Positions 23,193 through 34,400 of a stretch of DNA of 64,000 nt are shown one piece after another. Source of the stretch: Botryllus schlosseri (taxonomy: Eukaryota); contig CM119383.1 of the NCBI GenBank assembly GCA_051294905.1, positions 11,532,001 to 11,596,000 of the forward strand, read 5' to 3'. The first letter of the stretch is position 1. The number at the start of each line of letters is the position of its first letter. A program made the translations under genes and the position numbers. Under the pieces are notes generated by a model that made no database searches, was not told where the DNA came from, and saw nothing but the letters and a program-made list of their open reading frames with translations.

Positions 23193-23856
23193 GGTGACCA
23201 ATGAACTCGGCCCATGGCGAATCTGGCCCATTGAACTCGGGATTCGGTGAACTTGGCCCATGGTGAATTTGTTGATAAAAATTATTAGAAACGTAGTGAT
23301 TTGTATCAATTATTGGAGACAATGGGAACTCGGTGATGGTGGTGGCCATGTCGTATAAATGTTATTCCCACTGGGGGGCGGTATCGTATGTCGCATGAAT
23401 GTTATATCATAGTGTCCTACATTGGTGTGAATATAGGCAAATCTCACGGCTTACTGCGACTGGTTAACGAGTTGGGATATATTAGGGTTGGGAGAGGGTT
23501 TAGGGTCAGGGTTGGGGTAAGGGTATCCGAAGATTAGGGTTGGAGGGGGGATATTAGGGTTAGGCTATCCCAAGATTAGGGTTGGGGGTGACGGATATCA
23601 CCCCAATACCCCCACCTTTAACCTTGATATCCCCCACATCCAACCCTATTATCCCCTACCCCAACCCGAATATCTGTCCTTCTTAAGGCGAAAAACAATT
23701 TATTTTTACGTTTATAAATTTTGACGCGTGCACAGGAAATATTTATTGGTGTCGTGGGAGAACACTGGCTTGCTATGATCGTGAAACGAAGAAGCGCCAA
23801 CAAATTCACCATGGGCTGAGTTCAATGGACCGAGTGGGCAGAGTTCACTGGTAATC
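23193..23856. mobile_element. Foldback element with TTAGGG-containing G-rich/C-rich core
   Basis: Terminal inverted repeats GGTGACCAATGAACTCGGCCCA / TGGGCAGAGTTCACTGGTAATC with subterminal GAACTCGG repeats. Core 23480-23680 is a G-rich arm followed by a C-rich arm. A related piece lies at 43986-44130. Confidence 0.7.
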
Positions 23857-24060
23857 GGTTGAAAGGTTCATTAGATTGACATGATGTGAGTTGTCCATGT
23901 GAGTCATGGACACAGCATTGAATTCAAATCTGTATTAATCATCACCATCATAGTCCGTTTTAACGACGCCTATTCACATCATTTTCCAGGTACAGATAGT
24001 AAAGAGTAACGATTGGCAATAAATCGCAGTCTACCTTCTGAACTGTTGATTAATCTAGGT

Positions 24061-24900
24061 CAGTGGTTCCCAACCATTTTTTCCTTCATTCCCCACTTTT
24101 GATTTGTTCAGACCTTCATTCCCCACAACCTAAAATTCCTCTATTTAACCTAACCCTTAAAAATGCTCTAGCCAACATAATTTGGTAATACCTTGTTTGA
24201 AGAGCTTCTTGGAAGTACAGAACTTCAATATGAATATACTATTCAATTGTATAATACCTTGTTTCGTAAAGACTTTCTATTGGTGCAAGGTAAGACAGTC
24301 AGGATTTATACTTAAGATCCGTGTAAAGTCAACCGATAATTGTGACAGTTTCTAATTTTTTTTCAACAAACGTGAATCCGAGGTGGAGTTAATATGGTTG
24401 TCTTTTTATTCAACTTTAGTAATTATACGTTTTCATAAACTTCAAGTTAACCAGAGTGATATCCTTAGAATACTGGAGTAAAATCCTGAAAAAAACACTA
24501 AATTTTACCCGAGTTTTTGGTCGGTTGATTAAAAAAAAGATATGCTGGATGTAGATGTAGCGGACTAGCTGCTTGCTTATTCGAGTCCTGCATCAAATAT
24601 CCCTGGGACGTAAAACTTGGTGTATTTGTATCCCGCAAAATTATGCGAAAGCCTATTGCACGTCATGCTGCTCGGGCTAAACGAGTTTGTGACCCCAATA
24701 TTGGTTATCCATAATTCAATACTAGATTTTGTGAACAATACACCATAAAATTAGGGACCAATACAGTCCAAACCAGTGAACTGGTAACCGTAATCGTGAT
24801 GTCAAGTCAGCTTATATATGTATATACTATATATATTGATTTTGCAATGCGTCTGTTCCCCACCAGAAACTCTTGAATCCCCACCGGTTGGGAACCACTG
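24061..24900. mobile_element. hAT-Charlie type MITE, 840 bp
   Basis: TIRs CAGTGGTTCCCAACC / GGTTGGGAACCACTG. Flanks ATCTAGGT / ATCCAGAT (6/8). Confidence 0.85.
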
Positions 24901-25833
24901 ATCCAGATGGAAACATTTTGTTCGGATGAGAGGGCATAAATACCAATCATGTGTTGATATTGTCACAAGTTGATGACTGTGGACCAAAAATTCATTTACA
25001 GAGCACATGAAAATGTGCACAAAGAAGTCTAAAACATTAGTAACAGGATGCTATTAACATCTTTTTGTGAAACATTGAAAATATGAGAAGTGCTAGAAAA
25101 CTTACTCATGTCTTGTCCATTGTACACCCGTGCCTCTGGAGTATACGAAGATTTTCTGTCATCTACTGTGGAAATGGGGGTTCCTCCTCCAGTGTCTTCG
25201 AATATAAAAAAAGTCGCTTGAAAAATGAAGTAATTGCCCGCAGAACACTTAATTCTGTTACTGCAAGCTCAAATGAATATCACAGAATTGGCACTGTGAT
25301 GTCACAATGGGTGGAGTGTACACAATTAGAAAAATTGCCAGGATCTAGGAATGGCAATGTAGGGAGGCCTGTTGACAGCATCGGCAGCTTAGGGATTATA
25401 ATTGGTGTGTCACCCTTTTATGGGGAACACGGTAGGGTCATATTGGGTGGGAAAATATCGGCAGGCTGATCAAGCAAAATTAGAAGGTGAGTGGTTATTG
25501 TAAATCAACAGATTACACCAAGCAGATTTTCCACCACATTTTGCAAGATGCTGGGAATTTCTCAGTGGTGTGATTGATTTATTGATGGTTATAATCTAAT
25601 GCAGGAGAGATGATAGGTAATACTGATGAATATTTTCAACATTGCCATCAATGTTACAGTGAGCTTTTATACGTTACAAAATTACTTGAGCATACTATGA
25701 ATGACACAGCAATGTGTAACTTGTTGTCAGTGTTTTCCAGGCACCAGAAATAGGTAACGGACTACAACATACGGTATCCTACTTTAGCATTCTTTCAGGC
25801 ACATTCAAGCCCTTAACGGCGTTATCGAGAAAC

Positions 25834-28800
25834 ATGAAGAGAGTTCTGGAAAATTGGGAACCGAAAACAAACACAACAAAGAAAACTAAGGTAGGAAAGC
25901 AATAATGAAATGAAATTATGACATAAGACGTTCTGATCTCGTCACCTACAGTTTATCCTTGGTGATACTATGGTATGATCAGACTACAATATTTGGTGAA
26001 GGTAGTTGTGTACTTCAGAGATTGTTCAGCAACTCACAAGTCACGAATATATTGTTGTAATATCAATCACAATATACCAGTGACATGCGAGTCGCTGAAT
26101 ATTTCACTGTAAAATTTTGATCCTTAATATCTTTGTGTAAGTAATTTTGACATATGTCAAACAAAAATGACATCACACTATCTCGTTGGTTGTGTGTTGA
26201 ATACACGACGTTTATGTAACCTAGAACAAGCAACGCGGCACATACGGAAGAAAATGCCTGCCCAGTGGGAAACCCCGAGTTCGCAGAGAAAGTCAACTGG
26301 TGAGAAGTCAAACGGCGTTCAAGAATGGGAAGCATGTCGGCAAAAAATCGTCGAAGGCCGCGCTGCTCAAGAAGTCTAAATCAACACGCCGCGTACCCAC
26401 AACTGACAAAGACGCCAATGACCCTCTGATCAATTCTTTCAATGTACAACCCCGAAATTCGTCAAGCAAAAGGTGGGGAAGCAAGGCCATTTACTGACAC
26501 TACATGAACCTAATTTCGGGTGGTGATAGCCTACTGCCTGAAAGCAGAGCGAAGATATTGATATGCTTCGTGGTCCAAAATTCCAATTATAGCATCCAAC
26601 CATGTATAATCAAAAATAGCTCTGGAATATCCTGTTGCTTTTGAAATCCTTCAATGCAGTCACTGCTTCAAGATTTGGATCACGCATCTTGCCCCAAATA
26701 ACCCAAGTGAAATGATGACAAACTACTTTCGATAACCAGCCGATCACCGAAATGGATGCGGTCGCTATAGAAACACTTATATCTGCTATAGCTATAGTTA
26801 TAAATCAAGTGATTATTGAGTTCTGGACATATCTTTGTCACAAAGATTATTAACCATAATTCTTGATAACCGAAGATATCAAGTTCTTTCTGAAAAAGCT
26901 TCTTTGGCATTACGGTAATATTTAAATGTAAAATTGAATGTCTAGTCTTTTTCCTACATAATACACTATTCATTCATGGTGTTAGTGTATTCAGCTCAAA
27001 ACCAAACTCCTCAGGTTTCCTAGACTCAATTCCACCCCAAATTCATTGCTATCACTCCCGTTCAGATGTCTTGAATGGGTGCAGAATTTACCACATTCGT
27101 CATCTTGGGACACCCATCACACGCTTTCCGGGACGGACATAAGCAGGACCAAGGAACAAACGAAACAGCAACGGAGGAATATCGCGAAGAGGACCTCTCA
27201 ACGAAAGCTGCTCATGCAGAAAATCATGGACGACAAGTTCAAAAAGCTGGACAGCGCCAAGAAAAAGGCGAGCAAAAGACTGGCCAGAAAGGACTCGATG
27301 TTGTGCTCGCAGTTGAATATAAGCAGTGGGGAGCTTGACCTTAAGGGTAAAAGAGGTAAGGCACATGATATTGGCACGCTTTTTCCAAATCTGGATGGAT
27401 TCGCCCTGGCAATATGTGATAAGAGCGGGATTACCAGTTCTTGGGTTTTAAATTTAATGTATACTTAGTACACGGCAGCTATGTGGTTGAATAACATTAG
27501 TCATGTTGTAGCAGGAAAAGTTTTTAAAACAAGAATAAGCAGGCCTCGATTCAAGTAAATTTTGGGCGACCTCTAGTCAACATCACTAATGCTATTTGTG
27601 ACTTTTTGTCTTCAAATTAGTTCTTGGCAAATAATTCCACAAACCACCGAGTCGAAATTTGGACTGGATATAATGATAACATGGAGTTTGGGCTGGAGCA
27701 AAATGTTCTAAAAGTCGTCAGGTATTCAGGTATTCTTTGCGATTTACACGAGCAAATACCTAACTGTAACATAACATAACTGTAACATTGGTAAAGCACG
27801 CACACCAGATAATATCACAACCCCATTGCTCATCCGTTACTGCCTGTCCTCAATCCCGTTATATTTTAAAGAAGTAACACCGAGTCTGTTTCGCAGGCCT
27901 GGGCAAAACAAACTTTTCAAAAAAGCAAAAGAGGAATGTTGACGAAGAATTCGAGCTTGACAAGTCCGTCGCAGTCCCAAAAAAGAAGAAAAAGGTGTCC
28001 AAACGCAAAACCCCAAAAGCCAAACCCGAATACTCGGAAACGGAGAGTTCCAGTCAAGACACTAGTTACGATGACGAGTCTTCTTCGTTCGCTACAGAAT
28101 CGGAAAATCCCTCTGTAAATCCAGACGCTAAAATCGTCGTACCATCTAGTAAAAACCACAAGGCTTCAGAACCAAGGGTTGAAAGTGACGATAACGCGTC
28201 GGTCGGTACGTCCACACTACAAGGCAGAGCAGAGGACATTGTGAAGCGAATGTTTTCCGAAACGGACGTGTGCAGCGTTAGAGAGAGTGGAAAACAAATC
28301 GCGGCATTGTGCTGTCAGACTCTCAAGTCGAGCAAAAGTCAATCCAACAACAAGACTAAATACGCCGATTCAAAATCGTATCAGAGCGGCTCTTCGTGCG
28401 ACAGCAGCCTTTCCGACGACACACAGAGTTGCGCCTCTTCGCTAACTCAACGCGGCAAGCATTACGCGAAACAAACTCATTGCCTGAAAGCCATACAGAA
28501 ACGCAAAGTCAATCTCAAGAAGCAGAAGAGGCGTGGACAGTTGAAAAAACGCCTTGAAGAATCTTGCAAGTCCAAGCCGCGAACCAGAGACGCCACCGAT
28601 CGGATATATGCCAGAAAGCACAGGGCAGGCTTGTATCTGAGTCGCGAAAGACGTACGTTTGTGAAATCGATCTTATTTTTTGCATTGATATTTATATCGT
28701 ATCGACTTTCAGAGAAAGTGTCGCTGGGCTGGGCTATCCTACAGTCCGTCAAACTGTTGCAACAGAAGGCGATACCGTATCCGCTGGCGATTTTGAATAT

Positions 28801-29053
28801 CATGCAGCAGCATTGGCAATTCAGAGACCTGACTCTGGTGTATGTATAAAATCGGCCCCGGATGAGATGATATGAGCTACGTTATATTGTGTTTTCAGCC
28901 AATTGAAGCAAGCGTTGCGTTCCATGGAGAGCAAAGGCGTTTTGAAAAGTACGACGATAAGAGACAACGATAGGGTGTTCACGGTTTTCAGACGGTGAGC
29001 GCTAGTCCATGTTAATCTGGTTATCGATTCTTTTCAGGATAATAAAAATATAG
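25834..29053 (+). CDS. Uncharacterised K/R/S-rich protein with SV40-type NLS and C-terminal winged-helix (H15/SAMD1-like) domain, 529 aa from ATG 25834. Exons 25834-25890, 26225-26472, 27066-27355, 27897-28652, 28713-28839, 28899-28994, 29038-29053. May extend 5' via 25799 and 25420-25486.
   Basis: Seven exons join with GT-AG introns and consistent phases (0,2,1,1,2,2) into 1590 nt ending in TAG. PKKKKKV at ~27978-27997. Spliced C-terminus QKVSLGWAILQSVKLLQQKAIPYPLAILNIMQQHWQFRDLTLVQLKQALRSMESKGVLKSTTIRDNDRVFTVFRRIIKI. The domain call is by eye only. Confidence 0.7.
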
Positions 29054-31485
29054 CCAGAAATGCCAGCCACTCCCGTATTGTATATACATATATCATACGC
29101 ATATACATATATCATGATATATAATTCAAGATGTAATATTGCAAATCATGCAAATTTATAAATTCAGTAAAAGAAATAGATACCGCAGTCAGCAAGAGAA
29201 GACACCTGAATAAGAACACTTTAGTTTGATGCCATCGCGACGAACGGTGGTTCCAAAAGTATAGATGATGAAGGGAAAAAACTTGAGGGTGACAACGCTA
29301 CACCGGAAATTCTTGCAGTCGGAATAATATTTTTATAAATTCTTCACTCGATCTAAGCTACAGCTATCGCGTACTGTACATTTTCATTTTCAAGTCCTCT
29401 GCGTTGTTGCAAAGTTTACGGATTTAATGGTCGATGAGCTTGAAAAATGCATTTCATGTGTGAGGCTTGGTCTTGGTCGTCAGACGCTCATAAAACTCGG
29501 TTTTGGGTCGCGTTTCAAGAAATCTGATAATCACTGTCCAAGGACTTTGTCGAACGTAGTCATTACACAGGCTATCTCAATTCAGAAATGACAAACCCAA
29601 GAGAGCGCAAAAGAGACCCAGTCAACATCAAGGTTTCTCGAGAAGCAAGTCGTCCGTCAAATGCGGCATCCCGATAAAGAAACGAAAAGGCCCGATGCGC
29701 GTCAGATTCCAGCACGGAGAGAAAGACTTCACTTCGGTCAAATGCAAGAGAAACGGAAGCCACTACCTGGACTGCAAAAAGCCGCGGCAAAAGAGATGAT
29801 GCATTCATGTCTTGTTTTAAAGCTAACGCATGAAATAAATGGAATTAATTTCTCCAGCAGGTCGATTTGCTTGTCCTTCTATTATGTTGCAAGTTATTTT
29901 TATGATAGCATGTTGGATTGTGATTCGAGTATGTTGGGCTTTTGGGCTTAGTGACTTGCCAAGACAATAACTACGTAACAGCATGCGATGATTGGTACGA
30001 TGTTAGTCAAAAGGTCGTCGACTCGAGACCATGACCAGTTGGCAACTTGAACTACCGCTATGCAACTAGCAAATTGGTCAAAATTCATGCCTCAATTAGA
30101 AAAAGTAACGTCTGCATTAAAATGAAAAAAAGAGTATCTCAATTTTCAATTATGACCACTGGCAGGAATTGTTTTCAATAAAAATTCAGCAATCCTATTC
30201 AGATCTTCGAAATCTGTGTGCAGTAAATTAGATCAGAAATTGTGACACACATCTTTAATTAACGAAAAACGATTAATCACAAATTAGCACCAGGAGGTCG
30301 CCTCTACCCTCTACCCATGCCTTACAACACAATCAAACACGTCACACACCGTAGTCCAAAATAACAGTAAAAGAAGTACAGGTAACGAATTCGATAAACG
30401 GCCAGTTAAAAAAAAACGCGAATCTCAATTGAGAAACAAGCAAGCGGCATGCAAATGTACGGCCCACAAATCGATTCTATTCCGCCGTTCACAGCAAACT
30501 CACCGTCACCAGTCTTAGAGATTGTCGCACCAACTTTAGAAAACACAGAAGTGGTCTGCATGCAATACACAAATTCAATATTTGGAAGTATCAGTGTACG
30601 GCACCAGGAAGGAAACTATATCGGTTAAATTGCAGGAATGTCCAAGTCAGCTGGCTAATTTCCCCAGCAAGTAAGCCTATCACATCCTGCGTTCTAGCAA
30701 TAGGCCTATAGCAAGTCAGAACATGAAAATTCAGCCTAAAATGTATCCCCCTTTTCAGTGAGCTAGCAAGAAACGTCTGCACAAATGATATTTGTTTTCG
30801 GTACACTACCATTACATTTATAGGACTGGAGGCATTAGGATAATGTGCAACACCTGTAACTACCTCTCGCATCAAATATTGGTTGCAGTGCAGGTATTTA
30901 TATTTCGGGACAGGCCACGCAAAAGTCTGATACGGACGGATATCGTAAACTGGGATAAACTCAAGAGATGAACAAGAGATTGCTAATAAGAAGTAGGGTC
31001 GTTTGTAATTTCAAGCAAGTGCGGTGTTATTGGCAGCCCTTAGGTTAGCATAGCATTTCAGCAGCAATCATATCTTGCATTGCAATATGCATTGTGGCGT
31101 AAAAAGCATGAATAGATCCGGTGCCCCAGCAGATTTCATTAAATGATCTCAAACCACATACATATATTATACGCCAGCCAGTCAGTCAAAAACGATTAAT
31201 AACTCCCCAAACACGGCTTCACTGAACAATCAAAATTATCTAGCACGCAAATATACTCGACAGGATGTAAATGACAACAACGATGGCTGGATTGCAAGGT
31301 AGAATAGGAAAGGAACCAAATCCTAGAAGACTTCATATTATATTTTTATACTTAATCTTACACACGCACACAGAAATCTAATGAAACGCAGTTCATTATA
31401 TTACCGGCATACAATGCCAGATTGTATACCTTACCTTTAAGCATGCCCCTATCAATTTATGCAATAGCAAAGTAACATCTCTCAC

Positions 31486-34400
31486 CGCTTTATCGAAAAG
31501 GTTCTTCAAGGCATTGTTTGGCCCTGGAGAAGGAGCAGATAGTCGGCGTGCACTAAAAGCAAGAAAATTATTGTGAATTGTAGATAGATACAAGTTCTAC
31601 TCTGTGGGGATTCTGATTCATTCTGTTCTGATTTTATTGAGGCTGGTGGTGAAAGTTGGCATTGTAATTTTGGAATGGCAAAATGAGTCAAAAGGAAATT
31701 TTGAAATAAATACAACTGTACATATATTTATCAAGTTACTGGGCAATTGGAAGCTGTTCAAAGAACACTGCACTGATGGTGCCAGGTTGCCTGCATTTGG
31801 AGAAAGATTTGGTAGAGTTTATACAGGAAAAACATTCCTTTTCCGAATCGTAACTGTTTCGAGAGCCATCTCATGTGAGCTTGTAATACAAAAATATTGA
31901 ACTATGCTTACAATAATAGGGGGCAGCAAATAAAACCTCATTGTATGGTGCATATGGAAGGTATAAACACACAGAGATGTAAACTAATCGGAAATGTAAC
32001 TAAATGGACAGAGAAATATTAGGTAAACGATCAAAACTTTCCTGTGTTAGCATGAGCAGGTTCATTGAACAGAGTTCAAATAAGCCATCCGAATATGGCC
32101 ATGACTGGCATGTTGCGTCGAAATAGGATTAGACCCAGACTTGCATTGTTCCTCTCATCTCAAGACACTATATGAAGTTTTCGATATTGTTTTCCTTTCG
32201 TAATGTAGGAAATTAATTACTCCAAACCCACACCTTCAGAGCATATTTAATGACAATTTCTAATTTCTTGATGTTCTAGTCGACTGGTGGGATTTAGTCC
32301 CGACAGCATAAATACACGCTGAAAAATCATAGCTACCGTACATATTTCGAGGTGTCCTAAAACTAGTCTGCAAGGGTCCAGATATCAGATCTTTTATCAT
32401 AATCCCTACGCCTACGCGGACCATATCAGAAAGACTCACTCCGCGTTTTCTGGTGTGGTGACAGGCAGTGTGGTAGAGTCAAATGATTCGTAAGTTTGGA
32501 CATCGGTTTCGCTGACTGCAAATGTAAGATAAAGATATTTGTTAACAAAATTTTCATCCAATGAATAGACAAGAGCAATCGGGAAATTGGTGACAGGCAG
32601 CACAGAAATACAATTACATCAAGCTTATCCTGGCTCTCGCACACAGTGCACGTTTTGAGCAGCCAATGTAGAATTGTAAATTCGATTACCAGCTATATTC
32701 GGCAGTGTACATTACGGTACCATGCATTTGACTCCCGTAAACATCAGTAGCATATAAAATTAAATGTCAGATCGTTCTGCTCGATATACAACAAGCAACA
32801 CACATAGACTACAGACCAATATTGCGATTGCAGATATTGTTAGTGACAAACATGATGCAATAGAATTCTACAAGCTCAAACAATATTACAGACACCAAAC
32901 ACTACTACTAAAGCAATTACGATTAGATAACAGAACATCCCAGTTGGTAGCAACGGAAATGAAGAACACTTCTGTAAATCACAAGCAACAAAGGAAGATA
33001 AGATATCAAGGCTACCAATAAAATTCGTTAATAGCGTTCAAGTATACTAAAATACTGACGCCATGAGTCATTATAATCTCAGTGTGAAGGTTGACAATAA
33101 CTAGCGCTTGTCAATCCTTCTGAACGTAACTACAATGGGTGGTTCAAAGATATTAGACAGGATGTAAGTAACTACAAGATTAGGAGGAGACCGACGTGTA
33201 ATCCACAGTCAGGGCTTCTCCAGGTTACCGGCATTGGCCGAAATCTCAGTCAATACCGGTACATAAAATGAGCTTCACGGGCATATCTTGCAAAACATAT
33301 TTGAAAGAAACACGAATTTACAATGAATTTATAGAAAAAGAGATTCAATATAGTATAAAACACATTTCTTAAAACACATTCCCTTAACTTGTTAGCAGGG
33401 GACTCGCCTTATGCTTATTGCTTAGTGAGACACTGAATTACGATCATTATCATGCAATTTCAATTCTACTATCTCGGTAAACTCGTAGTCGGGTCTACGG
33501 AAATAATCACCAAGCAGCAAGTAGAACTTGCACATCGAAATCAGTCATGCTACGAAAAATTGATATTTCATTACAACAATACAAAGAGATGCTCAATGCT
33601 CTCATGTTTTTCAATGTCACAAGCGGTTGTGCAAAAGAACCATGTTACGTGAAAACGTAACATGATAATCGATTACAGCGTCCATACCAATATTTCTATT
33701 CAGTCTTGGTCTTGTATCTGAATTAAAATTCATTGACATCAAAACATCTGCTTCGGGCTGCTAGTTTCAGAATGCAAATCAAAACACATTCAGACTGTCG
33801 GTTATAGCATGTAACATTGACCCACTTCCGAGAACACAAAGACTGGGATTAGGTCAAACGGTTGTCAGGATATCAACTACAGCTCGCGTCCAAGTAGTAT
33901 GAGACATAATAGTGAGGCAGTAGAAATTGGTAGTCATTCAAAAGAACCTAAGCTAACCAACCTCACCCCTAAACCTAACACAAGCTCAGCCGATTTAATC
34001 CCCAATTTTTAGCACTGTTCCAGTGGAGAAAAATCGACCAATCCCTTTCAAGTGAAATTTGCTTACCCTTAACCCGGTAGCAGTACAAGAAATAGAATAC
34101 TGCATCAGGATTTTCAATGTCAGATGTCCAGTGACATCATCAACCAAGTCGGTCGCCTTTACTTCCATGACTTGACTGATAATCAACATATATCGCTTAG
34201 CAAATCGCCTCAATATCGAATCGTTTTTAATCAAAATTGGCCATTCTGTGATTCTCAATGGAAAGGGTCTTGAATATTCAAGGTTTTTATAGGCTCGCAG
34301 TAGCATCTGGCATCCTTTGACTGTTGCTATCAAATTACTGGTGACAGACTAAAACCATGGATAAAGCATGGACGTGTAGTGGCGTCCAGGCAGAAATTTG

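Noticed and set aside
23480-23600. True telomere or telomeric array
   Set aside because: The TTAGGG units are isolated and degenerate, and lie inside a TIR-bounded element.
27995-28849. 284-aa ORF as a stand-alone intronless gene
   Set aside because: It is part of exon 4, intron 4 and exon 5 of the spliced winged-helix gene. The frame extends upstream to acceptor 27897.
29572-29951. ORFs of 78 aa (minus) and 96 aa (plus)
   Set aside because: No motif and no phase-consistent link to either neighbouring gene.
30636-30670. Plus-strand exon-like segment TTGCAG|..|GTAAGC antisense to the PTP 3' region
   Set aside because: An isolated 35-nt match with no partner exons is expected by chance.
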